Shown piece after piece: positions 10,156 to 19,725 of a DNA stretch of 64,000 bases. The DNA is from Alphaproteobacteria bacterium. Its GTDB lineage: Bacteria; Pseudomonadota; Alphaproteobacteria; UBA828. The stretch's first letter is position 1, and the number at the start of each line of letters is the position of its first letter. The translations under genes and the position numbers were made by a program. The notes beneath the pieces were generated by a model. The model searched no databases, was not told the origin of the DNA, and saw nothing but the letters and a program-made list of their open reading frames with translations. The stretch lies in NCBI GenBank assembly GCA_965214705.1, contig OZ243972.1, positions 3,680,001 through 3,744,000 on the forward strand, in the 5' to 3' direction.

Positions 10156-11268
10156 GTGGACGCCGCGGCCCTCCGGCCTGACCGCCGCGGCGGCGTCGCG
10201 CCCGAACGGATCGCGCGCAGCCGCCGCGCCGTCGCCCACTGGCTGCTGGCGCTTGCCGGACTGGTGCTCGCGATGGTCGTGCTCGGCGGAATCACGCGGC
10301 TCCACCACGCGGGCCTTTCGATCGTGGACTGGCGGCCGCTGGTGGGCGTGCTACCGCCCTTCGGCGAGGAGGCGTGGCAGGCGCTCTTCGCCGACTACCA
10401 GCGCTTCCCCGAGTACCAGGAAATCAATCGGGGCATGACCCTCACCGAGTTCAAGGGAATCTTCTGGCTGGAATATGCGCACCGATTGCTGGGGCGCATC
10501 GTCGGCATTGCGTTTGCGCTGCCCTTCATCTGGTTCCTGTTCCGGCGCACCTTCGACTGGCCGCTGGGTCTCAAGGTGCTGGCCATCGGTATCCTCGGCG
10601 GGCTCCAGGGGCTGCTCGGCTGGTACATGGTCCAGAGCGGGCTGGTGGATCGGCCCGACGTGAGCCCCTACCGGCTTGCCGCTCATCTCGGACTCGCCGT
10701 GGCGATCTACGGGTGCCTGATCTGGGTCGCGCTCGGTCTACTGACGGGCGGTGGGGTCCAGCATGTACGCCATGCAGGGCGATGGCGCGGCGCCGTCTGG
10801 GCGGCCACGGGACTGGTGTTCCTGACGATCATCTCGGGCGCCTTCGTCGCCGGCAACGACGCGGGCCTCGCCTACAACACGTTTCCGCTGATGGCCGATG
10901 CCATCGTGCCGCCGGACATCTTCCTGATCGAGCCGTTGTGGCGGAACTTCTTCGAGAACGTGCCGCTGGTGCAGCTCGATCACCGCCTGCTGGCGATGCT
11001 GACCGCGCTGGTCGTGATCCTGGTCTGGGCCGCTGCGCTGCGCTGGATGGGGCCCGCGCCCGCGCGGGCAGCGTTTCACGCCGCGGCCGGGACAGTGCTC
11101 GGCCAGTTCGCGCTCGGGATCGCCACGCTGCTCACCTTCGTGCCGGTGCCGCTCGGCGCGGCGCACCAGGTGGGCGCGATGGCGGTGTTCACGGCGATCC
11201 TGGTCGCGCTTCGCCTGCTGTATCCGGTGCGGGCGACTCCGCCTCCTGCGCCGCCTTCCGGCCCTTGA
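10156..11268 (+). CDS. ctaA: Heme A synthase (COX15/CtaA)
   Basis: GGITRL..AGLSIVDW, WLEYAHRLLGR, GWYMVQSGL, VSPYRLAAHL; GTG start is an estimate. Confidence 0.92.
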   Translation: MDAAALRPDRRGGVAPERIARSRRAVAHWLLALAGLVLAMVVLGGITRLHHAGLSIVDWRPLVGVLPPFGEEAWQALFADYQRFPEYQEINRGMTLTEFKGIFWLEYAHRLLGRIVGIAFALPFIWFLFRRTFDWPLGLKVLAIGILGGLQGLLGWYMVQSGLVDRPDVSPYRLAAHLGLAVAIYGCLIWVALGLLTGGGVQHVRHAGRWRGAVWAATGLVFLTIISGAFVAGNDAGLAYNTFPLMADAIVPPDIFLIEPLWRNFFENVPLVQLDHRLLAMLTALVVILVWAAALRWMGPAPARAAFHAAAGTVLGQFALGIATLLTFVPVPLGAAHQVGAMAVFTAILVALRLLYPVRATPPPAPPSGP

Positions 11269-11953
11269 CGAAGCGCTTGATCAGTCGTGGCATGAAGCCG
11301 ATCAGGCCGAGCACGGCGAGGCCGAGCAGGGCGTTCTGAACCAGATCGCCGTCGCCGGTGGCGAGCGAGCGCCCGGCGTGGCCGAGGTAGGCGTAGGCTG
11401 CCGCGCCCGGCGCCATGAAGACGACTGACGCCAACGCATAGGCCACGAGGCGGATGCGCGTGAGCCCCAGCGCGTAGTTGAGCGCGTTGAAGGGAATGAA
11501 GGGGATCAGCCGGGTCATGGCGACGAAGCGCCAGCCTTCGTCCTCAACGCCTTCGATCACCCGCTGCACCCGCGCCGGCGTGCGCGCGGCGATCCAGTCG
11601 GCCAGCACGTAGCGGGCCACGAGGAATGCGATGGTCGCGCCCACCGTCGCGCCGATCAGGGCGATGAGCGTGCCGACATAGGGGCCGAAGAGCGCGCCGG
11701 CCGCGAGCGTGAACAGCAGGCCGGGCAGGAAGAGCACCGTGGCAAGCACATAGGCGAGGAAGAAGACCGCCGGCGCCCAGGGGCCGAAGCCGGTGATCCA
11801 GGCTTCCAGTGCCGCCGAATCAATGCTGTCCCGATTCATCACGGCGACGACGATGCCCGCGATAACAACGGCCAGCAGCAGAAGGCGCGGCAGCGCCTTG
11901 CGCAGGCGCTGGAGGCGGGGGATTTGGGGGGAGGTGCTCACAGTCGTGGTCAT
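11189..11953 (-). CDS. TVP38/TMEM64 (DedA/VTT) family membrane protein
   Basis: LFLPGLLFTLAAGALFG, RLIPFIPFNALNYALG. Confidence 0.9.
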   Translation of the reverse strand: MTTTVSTSPQIPRLQRLRKALPRLLLLAVVIAGIVVAVMNRDSIDSAALEAWITGFGPWAPAVFFLAYVLATVLFLPGLLFTLAAGALFGPYVGTLIALIGATVGATIAFLVARYVLADWIAARTPARVQRVIEGVEDEGWRFVAMTRLIPFIPFNALNYALGLTRIRLVAYALASVVFMAPGAAAYAYLGHAGRSLATGDGDLVQNALLGLAVLGLIGFMPRLIKRFVKGRKAAQEAESPAPDTAGEARPGSP

Positions 11954-13185
11954 GCGCGAACTCCTTCTGCGGCCGGTGCCGCAGCACGATCGAGACCGAA
12001 AAGGGGGCGCAGGCGCGCGCCGAGCGCCGCGCCGGGAAGGGCGGCCAGCAGCCAGAGCCAGCCGTGCACGCTGCCTGAGGCGATGCCGCTGAAGAGGGCA
12101 CCGATGTTGCAGCCGAAGGCCAGCCGCGCACCGTAGCCGAGCAGCAGGCCGCCGATCACTGCGCTCGCCACCGCGCCGAGGGTAAGCCGGCTGCGGGCGG
12201 CGAAGCGGCCGGCGAGCGCAGCACCCAGCAGCGCGCCCAGAATCAGGCCCACGTTCATTACCGAAACCGTGTCATGCGCGACTCCGGCCTCGAGCTTTCG
12301 CGCCGGGCCCGGCCATTGCCAGAAGGTCCAGTCGGCGATGCCGAAGCCCAGGGCATCGGCCAGCGAGGCGCCCCAGAGCGCGAAGCCCCAGGTGACGCTC
12401 CACGGATGGCCCGCGATCAGCAGCGTCGCGATATTGAGGAGCGCCAAGGCGAGCGCGCCCCAGGCGAGCGGCCAGCCGCCATGCAGCAGGCGCTCGCGCC
12501 AGTCGCCGGCGGCGCCCCATACTAGCGGTTCGTGGGTGCCGTGGCGCCGCCGCTCCAGGTAGAGCGCGCCCAGCACAAGGAGACCGATGGCGGCAAGCTG
12601 AACGGCGAGGCCCGCCGGCCAGCCAAGCGAGTTGGGGATGGAGAGCGCGGGAAGGCGCGGCTGATCGAGCCACCAGGGCAGGTGCGCCGTGCCGATCACC
12701 GAGCCTGCGATGAAGGCGCCAAGCGTGATCGCCATGCGAAGGCTGCCGGTGCCGGCGCCGCTCAAGGTGCCGGAGGCGCAGCCGCCGCCGAGCTGCATGC
12801 CGATGCCGAACAGGAAGGCCCCGAGCGCAACGGAGACTCCGACGGGCGCCAGCGCGCCGCCGAGCCCCTGGCCGAACGCGCTGCCGCCGGCGAGCAGCGG
12901 TGCGAACGCGATGCTTGCTGCGGCGATCATCAGGAGCTGCGCCCGCACGCCCGCGCCGCGGCGGTCCACGAGAAACCGGCGGGTCGACGAGGCGAAGCCG
13001 AAGAGCGCGTGATGGAGCGCGAGCCCCGCCAGCCCGCCTACGACCAGCAGCGCGGCAAGCCGGCCGTCCACCGTGACGGCGAGTGCGACGACGCCGGCCG
13101 CGATCAGCGCTCCCGCCACGGCCACCACCGCAACCTGCGGTCGTGTTGAGGGCATAGCGGCGGCCGTTGGCATGGCGGTGCTCAT
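11950..13185 (-). CDS. YeeE/YedE family sulfur-compound transporter
   Basis: GMQLGGGCASG and GARLAFGCNIGA motifs; many TM segments. Confidence 0.92.
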   Translation of the reverse strand: MSTAMPTAAAMPSTRPQVAVVAVAGALIAAGVVALAVTVDGRLAALLVVGGLAGLALHHALFGFASSTRRFLVDRRGAGVRAQLLMIAAASIAFAPLLAGGSAFGQGLGGALAPVGVSVALGAFLFGIGMQLGGGCASGTLSGAGTGSLRMAITLGAFIAGSVIGTAHLPWWLDQPRLPALSIPNSLGWPAGLAVQLAAIGLLVLGALYLERRRHGTHEPLVWGAAGDWRERLLHGGWPLAWGALALALLNIATLLIAGHPWSVTWGFALWGASLADALGFGIADWTFWQWPGPARKLEAGVAHDTVSVMNVGLILGALLGAALAGRFAARSRLTLGAVASAVIGGLLLGYGARLAFGCNIGALFSGIASGSVHGWLWLLAALPGAALGARLRPLFGLDRAAAPAAEGVRA

Positions 13186-13244
13186 GGAATTGACTATTGG
13201 GCGCGTGCCGGGCGCGCGCCAATAACATTATCTTGAGGGTGCTA

Positions 13245-14114
13245 TTACCAAACGAACGTCGAAAGCGCCTTACTCGGCCTGACCCCCGCCGCCCGGCAGG
13301 CCTCCTCCAAGGCGCGGGCGCTCGGCGCCTCTCCCGGCGCGAGGTCGAGCGCGTCGGCCAGCAGGCCGCCGGTAATCAGGAGCGAATCGAGGCCGGCGGC
13401 GGCAGCGCCGGCGATATCGGTGGCGAGGCCGTCGCCGACCGCAAGTACGCCGGACGGTGGAAGGCCGAGCTTGTCCATCGTCAGGTCGTAGACGTCTGGA
13501 TAGGGCTTGCCGAAGTAGCGCACACGGCCGCCGAGTTCTTCGTAGCGGGCGGCAAGCGCACCGGCGCAGGGCTCCTGGACTCCAAGCCGGATCACGACAA
13601 GGTCGGGATTGACGCAAATCATGGGCAAGTCGCGGGCGACTGCGGCTTGCAGGATCGGCTCATGGGCTTTCACCGTGTTGCAGCCGTCGTCGAGGCCGAT
13701 GCCGAGCAGAAATTCCGCCTCAGCGATGTCAGCGGCAGGGGTATAGCCCAGCCCGTCGATCACGTCGTCGGACCAGGGTGGCCCAAGCAGGTGGTAGCGG
13801 GTGCCGAGCCCGTCAGCAGCGGGGTGCGAGCGGTCGGCGAGCGCCTGCCGCGTGGCATCGCCCGAAGCGACCACGGCGTCGTAGAGCGTCCCATCGACCC
13901 CCTTGCCGTTGAGCACGGCTTCGACCTGATGAGCGAGCCGCGGCGCGTTGGAGAGGAACACCACCCGCTTGCCGGCCTCGCGCAGCCGACGAACGCAGGC
14001 GACCGCCTCGGGGTAGGCCGGTCCACCTTGGTGCATCACGCCCCAGACATCGAGGATATAGCCGTCATAATCCGCCGCGAGCGCGGCCAGGCCGGGAACG
14101 ATTGGAATCGTCAT
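13245..14114 (-). CDS. HAD-IIA hydrolase (TIGR01459 type)
   Basis: DVWGVMH, LSNAPR, CVNPD, GKPYP, VGDGLATDIAGA. Confidence 0.9.
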   Translation of the reverse strand: MTIPIVPGLAALAADYDGYILDVWGVMHQGGPAYPEAVACVRRLREAGKRVVFLSNAPRLAHQVEAVLNGKGVDGTLYDAVVASGDATRQALADRSHPAADGLGTRYHLLGPPWSDDVIDGLGYTPAADIAEAEFLLGIGLDDGCNTVKAHEPILQAAVARDLPMICVNPDLVVIRLGVQEPCAGALAARYEELGGRVRYFGKPYPDVYDLTMDKLGLPPSGVLAVGDGLATDIAGAAAAGLDSLLITGGLLADALDLAPGEAPSARALEEACRAAGVRPSKALSTFVW

Positions 14115-14289
14115 CGGACGCCCTTGTCCCATCCGCCGCGCCGATTTGCAAAGTGCGCCGGTGGAAGGGCGGCGTTTGAGGGATGCACCAAACGCATCGG
14201 TGGCCTGCGACGGACGCGGTTTTCCTCTCTCGGGAACCGCTCTAGAGTGTTATGGGCGCGAGGCCAATGACAGAAAAGGGAGGGTGGTC

Positions 14290-15594
14290 ATGAGAATTCG
14301 TCATCTGTTGATCGGAGTCGCCGCGGCAGCGGTGGCGGTCTGGTCGCTTACGACGGCAGCGCCCGCTGCCGACCCAATCAAAGTCGGTTACATCGGTTCC
14401 TTCGATACCGACACCGGCAAGAGCACGATCCGGGGCACCGAGATCGCCATCGAGGAGCTCAACGCCGCCGGCGGCGTGCTCGGCGGGCGCATGATTGAGC
14501 TGGTCATGGCCGATACGCGCGAGGACGTGCAGGAAGGCATCCGGGCCTACGAGTATCTCAACGAAGTCGAGAACGTGGACTTCATCATCTCGGGCTGCAT
14601 CGACGACGTGTCGCTGGGCTGGCTCGAGCGCATGGCGGAGTACCGGACGCCGACCCTCGACACCTGGACCTCTTACGTCGGCATCATCGACAAGGTCGTC
14701 GAGGAGTACGAGAAGTACAAGATGTACTTCATGAACGTCTCCAACGACTACGCGCTCGCGATTCTCTACGTCGACTTCGGCAAGGACGTGCTCGCCAAGA
14801 AGATGGGCTGGAAGACCGTGTACGTGCTGCAGGAGGACACCGCGTTCGGCGGCGGCGTGTACGAGCTGATCGAGCAGGTGCTGGCACCTGAGGCCGGTAT
14901 CGAGATCATCGGTCACACCGTCTACGACACCAACACGGTCGACTTCGGGCCGATCTACAACAAGGCAGTGGCGGCGGAGCCCGACTTCATCTACTCGATC
15001 GCGGCGGTGCGCAGCCAGGTGCCGGCCTCGCAGTACGTGAAGCTCGAGGTGCCGGTGCCGATGACCGGGATCAACGTCTCGGCCTTTGCTAGGGAGTTCT
15101 GGGACGACACCGGCGGCCTCGGCGGCGGCATCTCGACGCTGAGCCCGGTGCCTTCGATCGGCTCGGAAATCGACCCGCGCACGCAGGACTTCCTCGACAG
15201 GTACGCCGCCAAGTACGGCGATTCGCGGCCGGTCTTCCCGCACTTCAACGGCTTCAACGCCTACTACGGGATGCTCAACGCCTTCGCCGCGGCCGAGCGC
15301 GCCGGCGGCTTCGCGCCGCTCGACGACTGGGTCCGCGAGATGGAGAACGACGACATCGTCATCGAGAAGGACGGCGAGATCTGGCTCCGCTACGCCTTCT
15401 GGAAGCCGGGCGAGATCGAGCCCCGGACCCAGCGGGAGTACACTCACAACATCAAGTTCGACATCAATCCGCCCTATGACGAAGGGGCGCCGTCGATGGT
15501 GGTCATCCAGTGGTACTCGGATGGCACGACCAAGGTGGTCTATCCGCCGAAATACGCCAACGGCGAGTTCGAGGTGCCGGACTGGCTGAAGTAG
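14290..15594 (+). CDS. ABC transporter substrate-binding protein (Liv/type 1 PBP)
   Basis: Signal peptide, EELNAAGGVLGGRMIELVMAD, first gene of a livHMGF-like operon. Confidence 0.88.
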   Translation: MRIRHLLIGVAAAAVAVWSLTTAAPAADPIKVGYIGSFDTDTGKSTIRGTEIAIEELNAAGGVLGGRMIELVMADTREDVQEGIRAYEYLNEVENVDFIISGCIDDVSLGWLERMAEYRTPTLDTWTSYVGIIDKVVEEYEKYKMYFMNVSNDYALAILYVDFGKDVLAKKMGWKTVYVLQEDTAFGGGVYELIEQVLAPEAGIEIIGHTVYDTNTVDFGPIYNKAVAAEPDFIYSIAAVRSQVPASQYVKLEVPVPMTGINVSAFAREFWDDTGGLGGGISTLSPVPSIGSEIDPRTQDFLDRYAAKYGDSRPVFPHFNGFNAYYGMLNAFAAAERAGGFAPLDDWVREMENDDIVIEKDGEIWLRYAFWKPGEIEPRTQREYTHNIKFDINPPYDEGAPSMVVIQWYSDGTTKVVYPPKYANGEFEVPDWLK

Positions 15595-15609
15595 GCGACG
15601 TTATCGTTT

Positions 15610-15638
15610 CCGGGCGCGGCCTCACGGGTCGCGCCCGG
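15610..15638 (+). terminator. GC hairpin after the SBP gene (attenuator/mRNA stabiliser)
   Basis: CCGGGCGCGGCC-TCACG-GGTCGCGCCCGG. Confidence 0.55.
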
Positions 15639-15742
15639 TCTAATTTGTCTGTAGCCTGTCTGTAGCCGGCCGGAGCAGACCATGTTGGCGCTGCTTCGGC
15701 CGTTACACGAATGTCGATTCGACGGCGGGTGAGCCGACCCGG

Positions 15743-16597
15743 ATGGCGCTCCAGATCCTGATCCAGGGGTTTGTCCTCAGCGGCCTTTATGCGCTGATCG
15801 CCGTCGGTTTCACCATGATCTTCAGCGTGGGCCGGGTGCTGAACCTCGCCTACGGCGTCTACATCATGCTCGGCGGCTACATCTACTACGCTGCCCTCCA
15901 GGGGGCGGGGCTGCCGGTCTTCGCGAGCTTCATCCTGGCGATACTGGCTGGCGTGACCTTCGGCCTGCTGACTTACCTGCTCCTGGTCCGCCGGCTGGAA
16001 GACAACCCGATCGCGGTCGAGATATCGACGCTGATTCTCGCCGTCGTCATGCAGGCGCTGATCGTGGTGATCTTCGGCGCCGCGCCCAAGACCATGTGGC
16101 CGGTGATCCGGGGCGTGCTCCGCTTCGAGGGCATCTCGGTCACCATGAACATCCTGCTCGCCACGGGCGTGAGCTGGATCGTGCTCGGCGGCCTCATGGC
16201 CTTCGTGCGCTACACCCACCTCGGTCGCGCGATACGCGCGGTCTCCATGGACCGCAAGGGCGCGGTGATCTCGGGCATCGAGCCGAGCTTCATCAGCATG
16301 GTGACCTGGGCGCTCTCCGGCGCCTTCGGTGCCATCGCCGGGGTCTTCTTCGCGACCTTCACCCAGCTCGACTCCCACATGTGGGTGTTCCCGCTCATCA
16401 TCTCGGTCGCCGTGGTGATCGTCGGCGGCATCGGCAGCATCGTGGGCAGCCTGATCGCGGCCCACATCATCGGCTTCGTGGAGACCATTACGACCACGAT
16501 GATCGCGGCCGAGCTGCGCGGCGTCTCCACCATGCTGCTGATCATTCTGGTCCTGTTGATCCGGCCCAAGGGCCTGTTCGGCAGGGCGGAGCTCTGA
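15743..16597 (+). CDS. Branched-chain amino acid-type ABC permease (LivH-like)
   Basis: YALIAVGFTMIF..LNLAYG, GRAIRAVS, VIVGGIGSIVG, RPKGLFG. Confidence 0.92.
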   Translation: MALQILIQGFVLSGLYALIAVGFTMIFSVGRVLNLAYGVYIMLGGYIYYAALQGAGLPVFASFILAILAGVTFGLLTYLLLVRRLEDNPIAVEISTLILAVVMQALIVVIFGAAPKTMWPVIRGVLRFEGISVTMNILLATGVSWIVLGGLMAFVRYTHLGRAIRAVSMDRKGAVISGIEPSFISMVTWALSGAFGAIAGVFFATFTQLDSHMWVFPLIISVAVVIVGGIGSIVGSLIAAHIIGFVETITTTMIAAELRGVSTMLLIILVLLIRPKGLFGRAEL

Positions 16598-16600
16598 GCC

Positions 16601-17554
16601 GTGGCCATCGACCGCGAGACCCTGCGCTATCTGGGCTGGTGGCTCGCCTTCGGCGTGCTCATGTGCCTGCTGCCTTTTGTGGTCGGCACCGGCACGCTGC
16701 GCATCCTGATCTTCGCCCACTTCCTGGCAATGTTCGCCATGAGCTGGGATTTTCTCTCAGGCCGGACCGGCTACATCAGCTTCGGCCACCCCTTCCTGAT
16801 CGGCATCGCCGGCTACACCACGGCGATCCTGAGCTTCCGCTTCGACGTGCCGATCTACTACAGCATTCCGGCGGCGATCGTGGCCACCATGGTGGGCGGC
16901 ACGCTCTTCTTCCTGCCGGCGTTGCGCATCCGCGGCACCTATTTCGCCCTGGTGACGCTCGCCTTCATGGAGATCCTCTACCAGCTCACCAAGGTGGTGG
17001 CGCCCAAGATCACCGGCGGCACGCGGGGCATGTCGGGCCTCGAGTCCATCGTCACCGGCGCCGTCAACAACTACTACCTGAGCTTCGGCATCATGTTCGT
17101 GACCGGCGTGGTGCTCTGGCTGCTCATCCGCACGCGGCTCGGAATCGCGCTGAGCGCCATCAGGATGAACGAGGAGGCGGTCCGCAGCACCGGCCACAAC
17201 ACCACCAAGCTCAAGCTCTTCGCCTTCACCGTGAGCGCGGCGGTCTCCGGCATCGGCGGCGCCTTCTATGTCCACTACATCGGCTCGATCGCGCCGCGCG
17301 GCATGTTCGAGATCAACTTCCTGTTCACTATCCTGGTGGCCGCGCTGCTGGGCGGGGCGGAGACCATCATCGGCCCGATCATGGGCGCCTACTTTCTGAC
17401 CGTCCTGCTCGAGTATCTCAGGCCCGTGATGCCCGGCATGGAACGCTACCTGCTCTACGGCGCGATCGCGCTGGTGCTCTACGTGGTCCGGCCCGAGGGC
17501 ATCTACAGCATCATCGCCGACGCCGGCCGCAAGGTGCAGGAGTGGCGCCGATGA
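16601..17554 (+). CDS. ABC permease (LivM-like)
   Basis: GRTGYISFGH, RIRGTYFALVTL, AIRMNEEA, GPIMGA. Confidence 0.92.
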   Translation: MAIDRETLRYLGWWLAFGVLMCLLPFVVGTGTLRILIFAHFLAMFAMSWDFLSGRTGYISFGHPFLIGIAGYTTAILSFRFDVPIYYSIPAAIVATMVGGTLFFLPALRIRGTYFALVTLAFMEILYQLTKVVAPKITGGTRGMSGLESIVTGAVNNYYLSFGIMFVTGVVLWLLIRTRLGIALSAIRMNEEAVRSTGHNTTKLKLFAFTVSAAVSGIGGAFYVHYIGSIAPRGMFEINFLFTILVAALLGGAETIIGPIMGAYFLTVLLEYLRPVMPGMERYLLYGAIALVLYVVRPEGIYSIIADAGRKVQEWRR

Positions 17555-18294
17555 TGGCAGCGACAAGCCCGCTGCTGGAGGTGCGCGACCTCCACATGAC
17601 CTTCGGCGGCATCCGCGCCGTGCAGGGAATCTCCTTCCAGGTGGCGGAAGGGGAGACGCTCGGCCTGATCGGACCCAACGGCGCCGGCAAGACCACCGTC
17701 TTCAACATGATCATGGCGGAGCTCAGGCCCACCAGCGGCGAGATCTGGTTCAAGGGCGAGAACATCACCCGCGTGCCCACCTACGAGCGGGTGAAGCGCG
17801 GCATCGCGCGCACCTATCAGGTGCCTCAGCCCTTCGCCGAGATGTCGGTCGGCGCCAACATCCGCGTCGGCATGGCGCCGGACGACATCTGGAAGCTCGT
17901 CAGCGAGGGCGCGGACCACGCGGCGGAGGCAGACATCGGCCGCAGCGTCGGCTTCTCCGACGAGCAGATCGACATGCTGCCGAGCGAACTCGCCATGGGC
18001 GATCTGCGCCGGCTGGAGATGGCGCGCAACGTCGCCGTCGCGCCCACGCTGCTGCTGCTGGACGAGGTCTTCGCCGGCCTGACGCTGCGCGAGATCGGCC
18101 AGATTTCCGAGCTTCTGGTGGAGAAGAAGCGAAAGGACGGGCTCACCTACATCATCGTGAGCCACGACCTGCGCGCGCTCGCGCCGCTGGTGGACCGGGT
18201 CATCGTGATGTCCTTCGGCGAGATCATCGCGGAGGGCACCTTCGACGACGTGGTGCGCGACGAGGCGGTGCGCGACGCCTACCTGGGGCAATAG
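17551..18294 (+). CDS. ABC ATP-binding protein (LivG-like)
   Basis: GPNGAGKTT, GIARTYQ, LLLDE; ATGA overlap with livM stop. Confidence 0.92.
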   Translation: MMAATSPLLEVRDLHMTFGGIRAVQGISFQVAEGETLGLIGPNGAGKTTVFNMIMAELRPTSGEIWFKGENITRVPTYERVKRGIARTYQVPQPFAEMSVGANIRVGMAPDDIWKLVSEGADHAAEADIGRSVGFSDEQIDMLPSELAMGDLRRLEMARNVAVAPTLLLLDEVFAGLTLREIGQISELLVEKKRKDGLTYIIVSHDLRALAPLVDRVIVMSFGEIIAEGTFDDVVRDEAVRDAYLGQ

Positions 18295-18315
18295 GGGCGG
18301 GGAGGGCAGACGACC

Positions 18316-19020
18316 GTGGCGCTGCTGAGCATCGGCGAGCTCGACGTCTTCTACGGCCGCGCGCAGGCGCTGCACGGCGTCTCGCTCGAGGTGGAAGCCG
18401 GCCAGATCGTCGCCGTCGTGGGCCCCAACGGCGCCGGCAAGTCGACGCTGCTCGACTCGATCATCGGGCTCACCCGGCGGCGTGGCCGGATCGAGTTCGA
18501 GGGCCGCGACATCAGCCGCATGGCGCCCGCGCGGATCGTCCGCCTCGGCATCGGCTACGCGCCGGAGCGCGGCAACCTGTTCCCCTTCATGGGGGTGAAG
18601 GAGAACCTGCTGGTCGGCGCCTATCACAAGCGCGACGCGATCAATGAGAATCTCAGGACCGTCTTCGATCTCTTCCCGCGCCTGGAGGAACGGCAGAAGC
18701 AGGAGACCGCGACCCAGTCGGGTGGCGAGCGCCAGATGGCCTCGCTCGGCAGGGCGCTGATGTCGAGCCCAAAGCTCCTGATGGTCGACGAGCCGACGCT
18801 CGGCCTCGCGCCCAAGGTGTGCCTTGAGATCGCTGCTGTGCTCAAGGACCTCAACGAGCGGCTGGGGCTGACCATCGTGATCACCGAGCAGAACGCGAAC
18901 TTCGCCATGAGCCTCGCGCAGGAGGTCTACCTGCTGGAGACCGGCCACATGGGCGAGAAGCGGACGCCGGAGGAGCTGCGCAAATCCGCCGACATCGCAG
19001 CGGCCTATTTCGGCGACTGA
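18316..19020 (+). CDS. ABC ATP-binding protein (LivF-like)
   Basis: GPNGAGKST, LFPRLEER, SGGERQM, DEPTLGLAP. Confidence 0.92.
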   Translation: MALLSIGELDVFYGRAQALHGVSLEVEAGQIVAVVGPNGAGKSTLLDSIIGLTRRRGRIEFEGRDISRMAPARIVRLGIGYAPERGNLFPFMGVKENLLVGAYHKRDAINENLRTVFDLFPRLEERQKQETATQSGGERQMASLGRALMSSPKLLMVDEPTLGLAPKVCLEIAAVLKDLNERLGLTIVITEQNANFAMSLAQEVYLLETGHMGEKRTPEELRKSADIAAAYFGD

Positions 19021-19056
19021 GGGCCGGGCAGCGGCAAGAAAAAGCCGATGGGCCGC

Positions 19057-19647
19057 TTATTTGGCGTCGGATTTCTTCTGCTTGGCGATCAGTTTTTCTT
19101 CGGGCGTCCTGCCCCGGCCGATATGAAACCGGTCGACGAATAGGGGTCTTTTCGCCCCCTCCCGGTACCAGCTCATCACCATCGGCACGCCTGCCATTCT
19201 GAACAGGCCGATCTGCGGACAGCGGCGATCGGTCTCTTTGGCGAGCTCCTTCACCCGATCCGTCTTCTCGCGGGTCTTCACATGAAGATCGAAATTGATC
19301 TGCTCGTACTTGGGCTGCAGATGAAGATCGAAGAAGAAGCCGCGGATATCGATGAGAGAGCGGATATCGGTCCTCAGGTCCTGATACTTGAAGCCCTGAT
19401 CGCGGGCCACCACGGTGATGGTGATCGAGGTGCAGGAGGCGAGAGCGCAGAGCTGAGCGTGGACCGGGGTCCAGCCGCGTGATTTTCCCTGAAGATCGGG
19501 AGGGTCGCCGATATCGAAGCCTTCGGGCTCGTCGAACATAATGGAGGGCTGGCCGTCGAAATAGCCCTCCACGCGCATGTGCTCGAAGGATTTCGTGCTC
19601 ACATCCGAGATGCCGATGTAATCCGGATAGCGCGCTTCCCGTTCCAT
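19057..19647 (-). CDS. OsmC/Ohr family protein
   Basis: FDEP..G, TP..LCALASC, ETDRRCP (two-Cys OsmC pattern). Confidence 0.75.
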   Translation of the reverse strand: MEREARYPDYIGISDVSTKSFEHMRVEGYFDGQPSIMFDEPEGFDIGDPPDLQGKSRGWTPVHAQLCALASCTSITITVVARDQGFKYQDLRTDIRSLIDIRGFFFDLHLQPKYEQINFDLHVKTREKTDRVKELAKETDRRCPQIGLFRMAGVPMVMSWYREGAKRPLFVDRFHIGRGRTPEEKLIAKQKKSDAK

Positions 19648-19725
19648 GGAGTGCTCCCTTCCTCCCGTTCGTACAAGTCGTACACGGCGCTCAGGCCGCC
19701 AATATTCGCGTTGTCGGGCGTCCCC

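Noticed and set aside
16096-18294. 732-aa fused ABC ATPase in the ORF track
   Set aside because: The N-terminal part is an alternate frame over livH/livM; the real start is 17551
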